Source: Bigelowiella natans CCMP2755 (Eukaryota > Protista > Cercozoa). Taken from it: 64,000 nucleotides of DNA. The stretch's first letter is position 1. Every line of letters starts with the position of its first letter. Both the position numbers and the translations under genes were made by a program. Of this stretch, positions 13,047 through 27,081 are shown one piece after another. The stretch spans positions 1 through 64,000 of the forward strand of contig ADNK01002094.1 of NCBI GenBank assembly GCA_000320545.1, given 5' to 3'. The notes under the pieces are model-generated. The model was not told the origin of the DNA. It was given only the letters and a program-made list of their open reading frames with translations, and ran no database searches.

Positions 13047-14982
13047 CTATTCTTTCCGCTCTGTAGTGGATGATTTCTGATGGACAGCATAATCGATCAC
13101 CATTTCAGTCTCTCCGGGTACCACGTTCATGGGAAGCCGCACAAGGATACTCAGCTTTTCAGGAGTCTTCACCTTTAGCAAACCACCTGCCTTCGCGTTA
13201 GCAGGAACCTTTACGCGCATCTTTTTGGTTTCCTTTAAATCCGTCTTGAATTTCTTTATCTCAGGCTTTGCAGCGACATTATCAAGCTCATCACCACCGA
13301 GTCTATTAATCATATTGTTTAGACGACTTTGTGTATAGTCGATGGGGGGAGGCGGTGTAGGGTTCTTTTTCTTCTCAGCAAGCTCTATATCCTTGACGTC
13401 ACTTTCACCGATTTGCTGATCTTCCGCTGGTTTTGTCACATCTTTTCTGGTAGAGGGACTTTTGCCTGAAGATTTGATTTCGATATGGCCTAGTTTTGGG
13501 TTGAGTTCAAAGTACTCGTCATCTTCATAAAACTTGAGAGGCTCGTAGGTACTGATGCAAAGCTTTCCAAAATACACAACGATACCAAATACAAAGTCAT
13601 ATAGACTCGCCTGAAACAATTGGACAATGTAGTTCCAGAACCACTGTTCTGCCGTAGGCGTTCCAGTATTTTTCTGGGAGTTCACCGTGAAGACGAGGCC
13701 CATTGCGAGGAGCAAAAGGCTAATTAGGACGCCAACCATCATCATAAAACGACCACTCTCCTCCAAGCCTCTTCTGCACCCTGCCTTCTCGATACAACTC
13801 CACTTTGCACATCGGCACTCCCCAAAGAAGATGAGAAATTTGGTTATGAAGAAAGCTGTGAAGGCCCCAAGGGCGATGGTTTCATATTCCTGATTCGTGG
13901 TGATAGTAGCACATTGATCTTGGACGTCGCTGTTGCACCAAAGGGTGCCATTATAATCTGAGTTGCACTCGAAGAAATTGTTATCTTCTGGGTTAACGAC
14001 TAAGCAGTGAAGTATATCGTTCGTATTGCACGTCGGTGTGCTGCAGGTTTCGATGAACCTATATCCGATTCCAAGCACAAAGACGTTCATAATCATAGAG
14101 ACGATGTAGACAAGAAAACGAGATCGGTGCGTTAATGGACTCCTGAGAAAAGTAAATAGATACAAAAGCAAACAAATTTCAGGTGCGATTGGCATTCTCA
14201 TCCCAAGCACTACTGTATTGCTCACCAGTGATGTGCGAAGAATATCCCGAGCAAGAGATGGTCGTTGAGACTGTGAATCATCATGTCGAACCAAAAGTCG
14301 TTTGTCCAACGAACTCTTCCTGCTAGCCAACCTTGGAAGATAGCATCGTAGGCTCCACGGTGCCAGGCTTCAAGGGGGTGCTGTGGGTGCTCTCTCAACT
14401 TACCCTAAGTACGTACGTCAAGTTTTATTAATATGGAAAGAAATGCGTAGCAGTCAACAAGTGAGGAAAATTTAATAAGTTTCTTACTTGGATAAGCTCA
14501 GTGTTGTTAGCATCTGTTTCGTTATCGATCCACATCTGCATCCTGAGGGAGCCGGCCAGGAGCTTATGGAAGCGATGTTTGTAGTACAGTTGCGTCTCAA
14601 TGCCCTGGTCCTCGAGGGCCTTGTGGATAGGGATTTCCATGTTTCCATTGAGAAGATTAGGCATGCAAGGAACCCAAGTCCAAGTATGAGCAGAGATCTT
14701 GAGAAAATGGCTCTTGCCATCAAGTTCCAAATGAAATACTTCATTGCGAATATTTTTAACACTGTCAAACGTGTTAGTTCTGATCCGTTGATCTCCTAGT
14801 TGAAAGACTAAGTAGTGGCTCGATCCCAAACAAGACTCTCGGAAGGAGAGATTAGGAACTTTCAGGATACGAATGTTGAGACTGCCTGCTAACGGCAGCT
14901 GCTCCGGAACCTCACGAAGCCACAAATTTTTTGAATCTTTATGACACCCAACGCATGCTGCATCGAGACAGGTATCAGTCAT
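13047..14982 (-). CDS. Hypothetical membrane protein: N-terminal C2-like domain, several TM helices, Cys-rich luminal loop, charged tail
   Basis: Exon 1 GSLNIRILKVPNL…YLVFQLGDQRIRT…NEVFHLEL is C2-like. Small exon GKLREHPQHPLEAWHRGAYDAIFQ. The large last exon has 4-5 hydrophobic segments. Confidence 0.65.
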
Positions 14983-16165
14983 TGTTATTTATTCTGTCTG
15001 TAATCTCCAGTCTGTCAATTTCTCGTCCTAGGGCCTTTCCTTCGATCAATCGTCTTGGTAACCTGAATCTCAGACCCTCCTGCGGTTGATCCAGGCTGAG
15101 TATCTCACAGTAACTGTAACTCCTTCAAAATATCGAAATAAATAAACAATTTTAAAGGCTATTTTTAATAAAATATGTAATGAATTCATGTCGTAGCTTT
15201 TGACTCTATGTGTCACTCTTACCTAATCATTCTAAAATTAGACTAGCCAATAACCTCCTATTTTTTTTAGGTAAATTATCCAACTAATGTTGTTACACCG
15301 AAGTAACGGTGTGTGTTAGTTAGTTAGTTACATGTAGTTAATCTTTTCGCGCCCTTGACTTCCCAGCTATGTTGTTACACCGAAGTGATTTTCATAGTGG
15401 ATGTTGTCTCATAACGGACATTGCGAAAGTCAAAATTTGCATGGCAAAACATGTCAAAATTTGTGACTTATGGGACTAATAAACTTTTTCCTTTTGATTT
15501 TTAGGTTTGAGTTATGCGGTTTTCTTCTTTCTTGAGTTCGATGTAGATCTATTTGGTCATAATAATGTGATTATCATTACGACACATGAAAAATAGCATT
15601 GCGATAGGTCCAAATGTAAAAAATGTAAATATGGAAAATTAATGGGATAATTACTATTACTACTATTACATCATCATCACCATCATCGTCATCATCATCG
15701 TCATCATCATTATAGTTCTGATATTATCACAGGATAGTTCTGGTAGTAAAAGTAAGCAAATAAACGCTTCACTCATTCATGTCATTGCTCATAGCGCGCA
15801 CTGAAGGTCCCTCGAGCACATTTTGCTATGTACAGACTCTACTACTGCACAACATGCGACCAAGGCCTATGTTAACAATGCCGCAGTCGGGGACCTGTGT
15901 CCACTTGTTTCAAACTTGTTTCGAACATCATTTCTGGAATGAATTTGCTTCGAGGCGAAGGATTATAGCCAACGATTTTGGGAATCGCAGTGTGATAAAC
16001 TGTGCTAACTTACAAAGATAGCAAATGATAGTGCTAGGCCTATAATAATACTGATAACCACCCGCTGCGGTAGTTAGAGTAGAAGAGAATTGTACTTGCT
16101 CTAGCTTTTACATCAATTGCAGTGTATCTCCTTATCTCTATGTTGAGGATCGTAACGTCACTCTA

Positions 16166-19100
16166 ATGCAGAATCGCATTACGTCGTTATCGTTCCTGAC
16201 CTGTGGTCCGCAGCTGGTGTAGCACCAACTTTCAAGGTATATTATGCATTTTTCTTCTCTCCATTTGATCAATTTTGAAGGCCCGTTATGAGATCATAAG
16301 AATTCAGAAAATCTTTAGAAATAACCCATATTTTGCAACCTTTGTTATTCTTTCTTAGCCGACACAGTTGGTGGAAGTCGATATTAGGGGGCTTTTCATG
16401 GTTCAGCGCTGGTTTAAATCTTTCCTCTACTGTTCAGTGTTAAAAAGGGCGGTCGACTGGTATTGACGCTATCATTTTGGTAACTACTGTCAAAACACAG
16501 TGACAAAGGGAAGGGAAAGCGGAGCCCAGGGCAGCTCTATTTCCTCAGAATCCTACCAAAAAACGAGTCCTCCCTACGCATTTCCTACCGCACTGGCCAC
16601 GGTCGGAGCGTGAAAACTCTTCCCCATCCTGAGTTTGTAGACTTAATCAACACTCCACATCTTTACAAGCGTCAGCGTATTCATATGTTAGAGACGAGAA
16701 ACATAGGCTCGTTATGGATATGTTGAAGCAACAAACAGTGTTTCATTCGGTAGGAGCCGTGGTTGGGTGTTCGATCCTTCTCACTACTGTAATTGGTCTG
16801 CCTCGCAACTATATCAACCTACGCTTATCGATAAGCTGGTACTATCTTCTCAACTGGCTTATCCTCATCAACTACAAGGCACGTCAGTTTGCCCCAAGAA
16901 GGCTGATTGCTTGGCTAAGCCACGAGCACAAGTGGATCGTCCCTGAGTTTATACGTCTCTTACTGACATTAGCAGGGTTTGGGTGGGGAACATGGTCTGT
17001 TACCTGGGTTGTGCCCCACGAGGCACTTTCCGCGACTAACACCAAAGCTATAACTACTATTATTCTGGTCCTTGCATGCGCTGGAGTGGCATGGAGACGG
17101 TTTCGACGCATAAATAACTTGGTCTTGCTACGATCTTTGAGGATTATAAGCGTGATCTTGTTGGTGTGGACTGGCGCCCTATGGTTTGAAAGTTTCTTAA
17201 ACATCTCTGGAAATATCATGTGGCTGATGAGCCCCCCGAATACAAATCTAAAGGTGACTAGCGTATTATCGACGTAATGTATAAAAATTAAAGGAAGAAT
17301 TGTGATGATAACATATTCATGCTAACATTAGTTTATCGCATCGGCGAAAGAACACGAGAACTAATATCTATAATATTGAAGGTTTGTGCTGTGTACGTCG
17401 CCACTTTTGACGAGTCGCCAAGAATGGCAGATCTAGTGCCAGCCATGAGGAAACATGTTAGGCAGCTAGAAGGTGCAGAATGGTTCGTCTATAACGGTAC
17501 CAAGGTCTGAGCAATATCGCATTTTTTTTTAAAATATTCATCAAATTATGGTGGAAAACCATGAAGATTCCATGTTTTGGTCTTAGAAGACTTTTCGTAA
17601 AACTAATATGGTTCGATTTCATTGAAGTATTCAAATCACCAAAAAGCAAATTCCTTTTAGAGCAAATTTAATCATGTCCTTTTTTTGTCTTTAATTGTCT
17701 CGTTTGTGCGCGCGTTTTAGAGCAACATATAATAACAACCTGTCGCCTTGCGACTTTAAAAACTCAGATGCCGAGGACACTAGACAAAGACACGTCTGAT
17801 CCAATCATAATTGACCTCATCAATAAGGCAAATAATAAAAGATATCATCATTATATCCTTGCGCTGACGATACACATGACATTATTTTAGAAATTTTTGT
17901 AATTAAAAAAATATATTAATAACACTAAAGAATAATATCATAGCCTCTGATTTGGCCAATTACGTAGGGTTACATCTCTAGCGATGCATTTGAGCATGCA
18001 TCATGCGGGGGGAAAGGGAAGCAGCGGTGCTTGCAGGTATTGGATTAGTTATGACCATATCATTAGACCAATATTTGAAAAATACTTGTTCATAATCCAC
18101 TACTACAACAACAGTTTTGTAGTCGTCGGTTGACTGACTGAGTGACCTTGAAGTACTCTCTTTTACCTTATTGTTATAGTTTTGATTCACTGATTATGAT
18201 TATTGGGGATTGTTTTGTTCACAGCCAAATATTCGATTTGATAAACGTGTCCCAAATCTTGGAGCAGCTATGGGGCATATTCATATTTTGGAAGTATGCA
18301 CGAACCATCAAGACGAAGAAAAACACTAATGATAATAATAATAATAATAATAGTAATAATGATAAAAGTGCCTAAAATCATCAATATCTGTTCTTTCAAG
18401 GGTTTCAACTTATTTAAAATATCGTCGTCGTTGTTTTCTTTCTTTCTCTCATTTTATCAATCAAACAGCGGTTTGTGAAAGACCACGTTGATGACAGGAG
18501 ATGCGTGGCCCTAGTTTTGGAGGTGAATAGAATGCACGAATGCTGCATTTTCTACGAGAATTATTTCTTCTTCCTCACACGTCTCTTCTTGATGTAATTG
18601 ATGATTATAGGATGATGCAATCTTGAAGAAAGGCTTCGCTGCCACACTATCAACGGAACTGTCTACCATCCCGTCTGGATGGGACATTGTTTCCCTAGAA
18701 GGCTCAAACCAGGTAGCACGAAGAAGAAGAAGGAGAAGGACGAGGCGGCAATATCGTCGATGTCTAACAACGCAACAAACGCATCTTGAACGCATTAGCA
18801 CGCCATCACAAAGAGAAACCTTTTTTATTCGTGAAAAGATGGAGAAGTAATGAAGAAGACGAGGAGAACTTTACATCATCAGATATGTCTCAAGCGTACA
18901 ATTAATTTCCCCCTATCCATTTATTCAATTTATTCACCAAATCACATTATTGCCTTCGATCCAGGCTTGTACATGGGGAGTATGGCAAAGCGAGGGACTG
19001 AACCTCTGGCATCCAATGAAGTTATCGAAACATTACAATTATATGCCTCCAACCTCTTGGGCTGGCGTGTACACAGGTCAAAGATAATTGGAAAAGTTAT

Positions 19101-19675
19101 ATTAGTGAACAGAAAAATATCCTTGACTAATATTATTCTACTAATCAGGTGGTTACCTTGTTACACCTACGGGAGCAATGCGGATTCTCAATAAATTACC
19201 GGTCCTTAATTCTAAAACTACTGCTTAGTATGCATGCATACATAGCAATGATCTTCACCATTAATCATCCTCATGATGTTGATCATTATTATCCTCAGTT
19301 GACTTCTAACATCGACACATGGATCAACGCGTTGGCCTTCTACAATTACATATCTCTTTATGTGCGTTGTCCAGGTAATAATTAACACGTTTTTTTAGCA
19401 TTTTGGTTTCTGTTTATCTCGCAGTTGTTGCAGCAGCGCAGCATGGAGTACTACTATTTCTTAGTATGATGGACAGAAACCAAGTTACAACTGTAATATT
19501 CTCGATGCTTGATACATTTGTACCTTTAGAAGTCAAAATACAAGCAGCAGCCTGAAATTTTATATATCGCCGTCAACAACATCCATTCCCACCAACCACC
19601 GTCTGTCAAATAGGATTGGTGACTCAAGGATCAGCAATGGAAGGGATGCAAATTCCGTCACTCACAGCTGAGTAG
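16166..19675 (+). CDS. Multi-exon membrane protein with a glycosyltransferase family 25-like domain (start uncertain)
   Basis: TM-rich ORF at 16714-17277. Exons near 18470-18520 and 18611-18711 splice to RRCVALVLE|DDAILKKGF…PSGWDIVSL, the GT25-type 'ALVLEDD…P.WD' signature. Last exon LVTQGSA…TAE* ends at 19675. Confidence 0.55.
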
Positions 19676-20509
19676 GAGCTTTTGAACACCCACCACGCCT
19701 ACAATACCTATCACATTGTTCATATAATTAAATGCATCATTTGAGCACGTTACTAATACATGTCACATCGTTTTGCTCAGAGCGGGTCCAAAATATGACA
19801 AGGGTGTGTGGCGTGCATTACTTGAGACGCCTTCTGGAAGCAAGCACTCCGTACCTTCACCAACTCATAGTAGGGAATAGAAAATAAACTGATGAACATC
19901 CTAAAATTAGATTAGTAGAAATTAGTGTGAATTGTATTTGAAACCATTTTAGCTTCCACAATTTGCGTACCACGCCTGAAAACACCGGCCTTTTTTATTT
20001 GATACACCTGCCATCGTCAGCGCAATTGCCGAACATGGGTTTTGAACCTACATATCTGCAATGCAATTAATATTTGCATTAGCCATGATGATCCACAAGT
20101 ATGCAACTGCGAACATTTTATCGGTCATGCATTGGCGGTGTATGATGTAAACGTTTTCTACATCTAACAAAGAAAGCTGCAATTAACGTTGCATCGTGCG
20201 TAAATTTGACGAACTATCTGTTTGCGGTGATTCAAAAGGATAGCTTTGTTCCTAACAAAATTTAGCTGCGCTAGCATGCAATGCATGCTCCGAAAATTCT
20301 TCATCAGCACGCTAGCACGTGCATTCGACCCTGAGATGCTCGCCAGCGCACGATGAGCTCATTGCCATCTAGCTAGCTAGCCATGTGCACATTGAGATGA
20401 CAATTCCAAAAATTTTCACAGATGCATGTGAGACGGACCAGACCGATCGGATGCAATGAATTGCTAGATTGTATGACGTGACCACATCTTGCAAGACGTG
20501 TGCCATAGA

Positions 20510-21415
20510 TGATGGAACACATGCACCAATGTGGGTGAGAACGCGTGTGCAAAACAACGTTTGTTGAAAAAGAAACATGTGTGCAACTGCACGTGTTCGT
20601 GCACGCGCATGGCACAGCCTTGGCAGCTCTGCCGATGGATCACGTGCATGTTTTTCGAGAGCTGTGAGATGCAAAAACTCGATTCCGAGAAACAGGACAC
20701 ACTCCATCTGCGTGTGCACAGCAAACCATGGACACAACCGCAGATGCAGCCATGGATCAGTGCGCAGCTTCTTGCTCGCACACGGCAACAAGGGAAGCAA
20801 TTTCAGTTTGCACGTGGACAGCGATCACAGTTGCGTGCACTTGCACGAATGAGTTCTGCCTTGATGAATCTTGACGTTGTCCACTCTCTCACGCAGACGT
20901 GTGGCACCTGCAATTTTGTCGCTTTGTCGCAAGCCTTCTCTGCGAGAGCAAGTTGGTGAGGCAATGCACACACAAGCCCAAACAGCTCACAATCACTTGT
21001 GACCCTTCTGAGATGACTCATTGAGGCCCAACCCCATCAGCTTCATGGTCACTCCCAAGCTCCCAAGTCGAACGATCGACGACAGCAGAGGGCACAGAAA
21101 CAATTGTTCACAGAGATCCACGCTTCCGACAAACTGCAACTGTTAGTTGCCACATTGAGACAAGACAACGTTCATCAAAAGGGCAAAAATTCCATGAATG
21201 TCCTGCAAAAGGCAAGAACTCAAGCTACAATCTGTCATGATTTGAACATTTGCAACACAATGCGCCAGACGTCAGGTGCACATGTGACTGACAATTCAAT
21301 TCACGTGCAAAATTTCAAAAAAAGCGCCCAGTTTTGTCAAAGAGAACGGTCTGGATTTTCCACATGAGGTTTCATTGCTGAAACGGATGAAAGTTGTCAT
21401 TCTTTCTGTTCTTGA
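20510..21415. other. TpA-depleted intergenic island B
   Basis: About 900 bp with 2 TA by hand count. Overlapping spurious ORFs are Cys/His-rich and nearly Tyr-free. Confidence 0.9.
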
Positions 21416-22179
21416 TGTTACTACACACTTTCGTCTATTTCATACCGATAAATCATCTAATACACTTTGTCTATGGGAGATTTGCTTTCTGAGAGTTGAT
21501 TTGTTCACACGAGAACTGGAAGGTGGTCTTCATTCTTAGACATACGATAGATATTCTCAGTATATATTATTGACTAATCGAACCCTATCCTTCTAAAGCA
21601 GGCAATACCTAACTGCTACTTCAACCATCCGCCGCCCCCCAAAACAGCACAAAATTGTATCCCCAGTCTATCCGCCCTACTCAACCGCTTGAGTTTTACA
21701 TGACATGTTGAGTAATGGGGCTTGCTATTGATAACATATTTTGAAGCAATCGAAAGAGGTACGAGTGCATAATGTATTCATGGCCGTCCGTCGTCATAAA
21801 GTCTCACTTTATCGCCGAGCGTGTACGGAATGGATGCAGTGAATGAATAAATGAATAAAATTAGACCCAATTTCCAAGTAGGATGATCAGAAGATAAATT
21901 AATGATTTTAATCCTTCCAGGTTCTCTAAAATTCCCGTCAAGATAGACGATGCACAAACGTGCTATAGCATGCGGTATCTGTGGGCGAAAGTTTTTCCCG
22001 GTAGTATAACCATTACTTCCAAAACATGATCGTAAGACACATGTAATTCCAGGCGGTAGTTTTAATGACAGGTAGCACTCATATGGATTGGTGTTCTTTC
22101 TACATAGGCATCTCTTCCATTCCATCTCAAAGCATGTCAGGAGAAACACGCGAGGCTAGTCGACCAGCTAGCGGCTTCA

Positions 22180-23171
22180 ATGCCAAAACGGAATAGAGCC
22201 AAATGGGGAAATCGTAAGCAGAGAATGAAACAAGACAGTAGACCTATTAAACCATCGAAGATGCCACTTCCCTCCTTGATGGCTTCCACAGACGAGCCGA
22301 TGTCGCTCACAAAATGCCATCATTGCGGACGCAAATTTTCTATCCTCCGTATTGAGAAGCACATGGTAATCCAATTAGTTGAACCTTTTTTAAATTAAAA
22401 TCTAAGCTGTTGCACGTTGTTTTGTTCTGCAAATCCACTCAGAGCGTCTGTGGGAGTCGGAAGAAGCGTCGTGTGTTCGATTCTTCCTCACAACGAAGAA
22501 TAGACAACGGTGATTCTACCTCAACTTTCGCATCGAGAGCGTCATCACCTTGGAAAGCTTCTCGATACACACCAAAATTATCGAGAAGTTGTCCTGCTGG
22601 AGGTCTCAATTTTCTCAAAAAAAGATCAAAAACCACAATTGCAAAACAAGGTGTTGCTCCCTCCAACTCCCGGAGGAAGGGAAAGCGAAGTGGTGGCGGC
22701 CAAACTGTAACTTTTGGTCGACAGCCAACTACTTCAAAAGCGCACCGACCTCTATCGGAGCCTGCGTTTAAACTCTCTCCGCAGCGTAGAGGTTGGGGTA
22801 ACTCTCGTGAATTCAAAACAAGGAATCGGTTTAGCCGGAGCGGGACATTAACTAATAGTAAAAAACGTATGAGCTGGAATGCTAATAGGATGTCAGTTCC
22901 CTCTCGCCGAGCGGTTTCTATGCACGGTAGTAGCAATCATCATTTAGGCGACTTACGATCTTTGGGGAGTTTCAGACCACATTCTCACGGACAACAACGG
23001 CACGAAGTTGCATTCTCCAGCGGCTGGTCACGAGGTTCACCACCGTCTAGGTTTGCCGGGGGAAGAGGGAAGAGTTCATTCACTGAAGGCAAGGGTGGTT
23101 TTGATCCCTCAAATAGGACATCGACAAGTAACCCACTATGTACGAACGCGTGGCAGGCAGCACCACACTAA
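22180..23171 (+). CDS. C2HC zinc-finger protein (ZC2HC1/FAM164-like), basic low-complexity tail
   Basis: KCHHCGRKFSILRIEKHM|SVCGSRKKRRVFDSSSQR across intron 22366-22442 matches the CxxCGRxF…HxxxC plus KKR.VFDS..QR motif. Confidence 0.8.
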
Positions 23172-23261
23172 AGCTAGACAGAGGATGAGCTCCAGCTTCG
23201 AAGGCTTCCTGATGTAGGACCCTTATTCCCATGCTGCAACGTGCTCGATTCATGTAACGTA

Positions 23262-23794
23262 TGAGACAGATGCAATTACACAATGAAGTGATTAATTTTT
23301 TTCAATAGTCATCCTAATGTAGCTATGCAAAGCAGCGGCTACAGCGCTTAGGTTGCATCTTTTTGTCTCGTCTGTAGTGTGTTTCATGCATTTGAAAAGC
23401 ATCTGTATGTGTCCTGTCGTCGATGTCGTGCGGTGCGCGCAGCGGTCCGTGCTTCTTTTTCAGCTTCAGTCAGTCGTTTCGTATTCAATGCAATTCATGA
23501 TGGCACTCAATTGATTTCGCAAACTGAGCTGTTGGCGGTGCTCGCATGCCGCCGTGCATTGATCGATGCATGAGCAGGAGATGATCCATACATTTCATGA
23601 CATCACGCACATGCATTGCATTTGACTGCATGAAACACAGCGTATATATAAGCGCACGTCGTAGCAAAGACCAACGGATTCAATGTTGCAGCTAGCGCTG
23701 TGCGTAGCCGCTGCATTGCACAGCAGTTGATGAGAATGGCCGCCATGCATTGAACAAATCAGCTTGATTCGCCACATTGCGTGCATCCGTCTCA
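23262..23794. mobile_element. Putative MITE-like element or inverted pair of a dispersed ~90-100 bp repeat
   Basis: 23262-23348 (tgagacagatgca…gcagcggctacagcgct) is the imperfect reverse complement of 23694-23794 (agcgct…gtagccgctgc…tgcatccgtctca). Further copies at 32071-32122 and 32175-32254. Confidence 0.55.
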
Positions 23795-24330
23795 CGATGC
23801 ACATGTGGCACCTGTTTCCTCACGTTTGGCTGTTCTTGGCCGGGACAACACAAAATTTCCAAGATTGCCCACCCCGCACATGCTAGCTAGCACGCAGATG
23901 GCATGCATCCAAGTCCATGCAATGCTGATGACAACACTTGGTGATTTTAATTGCAAATTGTGCGTGTCATTCGCAGATCGAAAAGCAACGAGATGCCAAT
24001 CCATGGCAAGGCAAATGTCACTTGCTGCCGTAGCAGGCCGTCGTCGCCATGTCATGTTGGTCGAGCAAGTATGTTCGATTCGTCATAGCATGCCGATGTC
24101 ACGCGCGCACAGCAACGTACGCGTAGCGCAACAGCAGCACTAGCTAGAGCAGCTGCCGCACAGCTAGCTAGTGTGTTGACACGCAAATGGCGCCGAGAAA
24201 TTCTGTGCAACGTAACACATGTGGCCGTGCATGCGCATTTGCCAACAGTCATCTACTCCATCTAGCCATGCATCTTCGATCAAGGTCACACGTGTGTCAT
24301 CACTCTCGAGCGCACACACAGCCCAATAGC
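23480..24330. other. TpA-depleted island C (moderate)
   Basis: CATG/TGCA/CTAG-rich with reduced TA; lies between convergent 3' ends. Confidence 0.7.
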
Positions 24331-24722
24331 TGTAACAGTGCATGCCAGCGTATCATCAGCGTTAGCTAACTAGCTAGGGGCAGACTCTAATTCTTATTCT
24401 CGCTCGCGCAATGTACCGCACCTAGCATTGTTGGTTGAGCCATTCGTAAGCTAGCGCCGCAAAAACGTGTCTAGGTGTGTCATCAGAGCTCCTTAATCTA
24501 TAAATTTTGTTCTCAAATCATTATGAGATTTCATCATGGGGCACCATTGCTAATCCCTCTGATTTTTGTCAACCGTTTGAAAAATTATCCACTTTTATCC
24601 GATACTTTTTTAAAACGGGTCGACAATGACGTACAACATGAAGCTGTACCGACGTTGATGTGATGCTATATTTATCGCTGCCAAGTCAATTATGTTGGTT
24701 AGTACTATTAGACGCTCGGTTA

Positions 24723-26207
24723 CTACGATAATTGACGTCGGCTAGGAGGTTGCTTCATCTTTTTCATCTGCTTCGCCCTTTGCCTCTTATCACTGCGTGA
24801 GAGTTTTGGGGGGTCAACCTACAAAAATAATGAACGCGGGATGTGATCGTAAATCATCTCAAAAGTATTTCCATATGTGTTAGTTTTTCCATTCTCACAT
24901 TCATAAGTCCCCGCATATCCTCGGGGGATTCTGGAAGCGGTAAATCTCTCTAACGTCATGTAGAGATATACAATGATTATATGCATCAGTCTTTTTCATC
25001 AGTACGGAACGAGTGTTACAAGAGGATCTATGCGAGAAGAACAACCGACCTTAATCCTACTCCTCAGCCATCCATGTATGGTGATCTGCTGCCCGTAAGC
25101 TTTCAATACTTTATTCACGTCCACAACCTGAGTTTTCCGATAATCGTGATATGTGGATGGCGATGAAGATGATGATAATGATGATGACGATTGATGGTGC
25201 TGATTAATAATGATAACGATAAATATGTTGCTTCCAAGATTCCTCATTTTTGCGTCGATCATTCATAAGAATGGTTTATTTTACCGTCGCATTTGCAGCC
25301 TCGGCGATTCGTCTTTTATCTTCAGGTGGAATTTTCTCTACGAAGAATTATATTAGGCGGGTGATGAAACGGAAGTAGAGGGAGCAATACCCTTATCGGT
25401 GTAGGTTAGTTCTCTTCTAGAAAACTGGTTAAGTATTGCGACATGTTTCTTCATTTCTGCAAGATCCTCCTTACTCTGGTATACACATGACAGCTGTAAG
25501 TGGCTCAACATTTTAGAATAAGATGATGTTTTCGCATGCAGATAGTATATGATGTCTATTTAGCTCTCGATATGTAAGAGATATCTTATCCTATCAACAT
25601 TTTCCCATCTTCTCGATCTTCTGATAAATAATCTGTCGCAAAAAATATTTACGACGAATGCATTTATACCCCAGATTGCATGAAGCTTGGCAAATTTTGC
25701 TTCCACCCTGTTGCCCCGGCTTTCTTTGACCATTTCTCCATTAACTGAAAGAGGGCCATGAGAACAACGAAATCTGTGAAGTCACCCATTAACATGGTAT
25801 TTTGTGTATAGTCTACCGATTTGAACTCCTTGTATCGAAATTTTTCGAGAGTTGACAATTCTGCAAGACTTTCGCGAAACTGTTTCTTTCCAGCCTCAAG
25901 TTGAGCTTCAGTCCTGAAGAGGTACCGATAACACCATATGAAATTTAGAATCCTTCACTTTCAACCTTTTGAACGAAAGTAAGGTGAATATCATCATTAA
26001 TTGATCAGGATAACTTGAGGTTAGTGTTGCGTGGCTTTCATACGTCGATCCGACGACTGTGTCGTAAATCCCGAAGCACCGGACTGGAAAGGGAACCAAA
26101 AGCGTCAATCTGAATCTTGGAATAGTGTTACCTTTCAATTGAGTTCTTCCTCTTGAAGATAAACGTAGACAGCCAAGGGCTGCTCTTGTGAAAGCGGTGG
26201 AACTCAT
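24723..26207 (-). CDS. Ffh/SRP54 M-domain-only protein with mitochondrial presequence (mL105-like)
   Basis: Spliced N-terminus MSSTAFTRAALGCLRLSSRGRTQLK|VRCFGIYD. Later exons LAEMKKHVAILNQFSRRELTYTDK…IPPEDKRRIAEAANAT|VVDVNKVLKAY resemble the SRP54 M-domain 'AIIDSMT.EE…SRRRRIARGSG..V.DVN.LLKQF'. No NG GTPase domain. Confidence 0.65.
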
Positions 26208-26647
26208 TCCTTTGACCGGACCCTTTACACGTGTTTGCGACTCCAATTATTCATCTACGACAAGGTTATCCTGACCTTAGTAAATGCCATTTTATACCTA
26301 CGACACATTTTGCTACCTTGATACAGGTGCCGTTTTCACACCTACGACCAATAATTCACTGCTACTAAAATCCATTTCATTCCTGATTTTTCGGTTTCAG
26401 AGTGGAAACGGGAATGAGCCAGGCCCTCCCCTCTCACAACTCTTAAATCTTCGCTTGGAGGTAATGTTGTGGTCCGCAGAATGCTTACGTACGACTTCAA
26501 TTGATTAAAGTAGAGAGGAATAGTTTGATTCGTCATCAGCGGCAGCCAAACCACATCTCTTCTGAGCTCCTAGTAATAGTAGGAAATAACACCCCTACTG
26601 GTTGTTTTAAGTCTCTACTTCGTACTTCCCACAGAGTAATTACAGCC

Positions 26648-27031
26648 ATGCTGCGAGACAAAAGTTCGAGTAGAAGGACATCTAAAATGATGCCATACGC
26701 TGTGCGGAGTCGTCGGAGGCCAAAGGTGGTTGGGGGCATTTCCACCAACACTTTAGCGGGAACCCAATGGCGTTTTCTTGACAAGGTAAACTTAAGTCTT
26801 CCATCAAATTTGCCGAGATTTCAGAGAATTACAACATAGTTTTGCCATACTAGTATGATATATCATCTGTTAAGACATTAAACGAATTCAGATAATATTG
26901 ATTGTTTTCAACAGAACGGTGATAGGAAGGTTATAAGCGACAACAAAGGAGCAGTGGCCCTCACTCCTGAAGCGAAAGAGTAGTACATCTTTGGAAATAC
27001 GTAGTTTCCTCAATAATATGTGTGTTTGTAT

Positions 27032-27081
<50 letters not shown>

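Noticed and set aside
15287-15386. 18-bp direct repeat atgttgttacaccgaagt x2 in a divergent promoter
   Set aside because: Only two copies; cannot distinguish a regulatory site from a local duplication.
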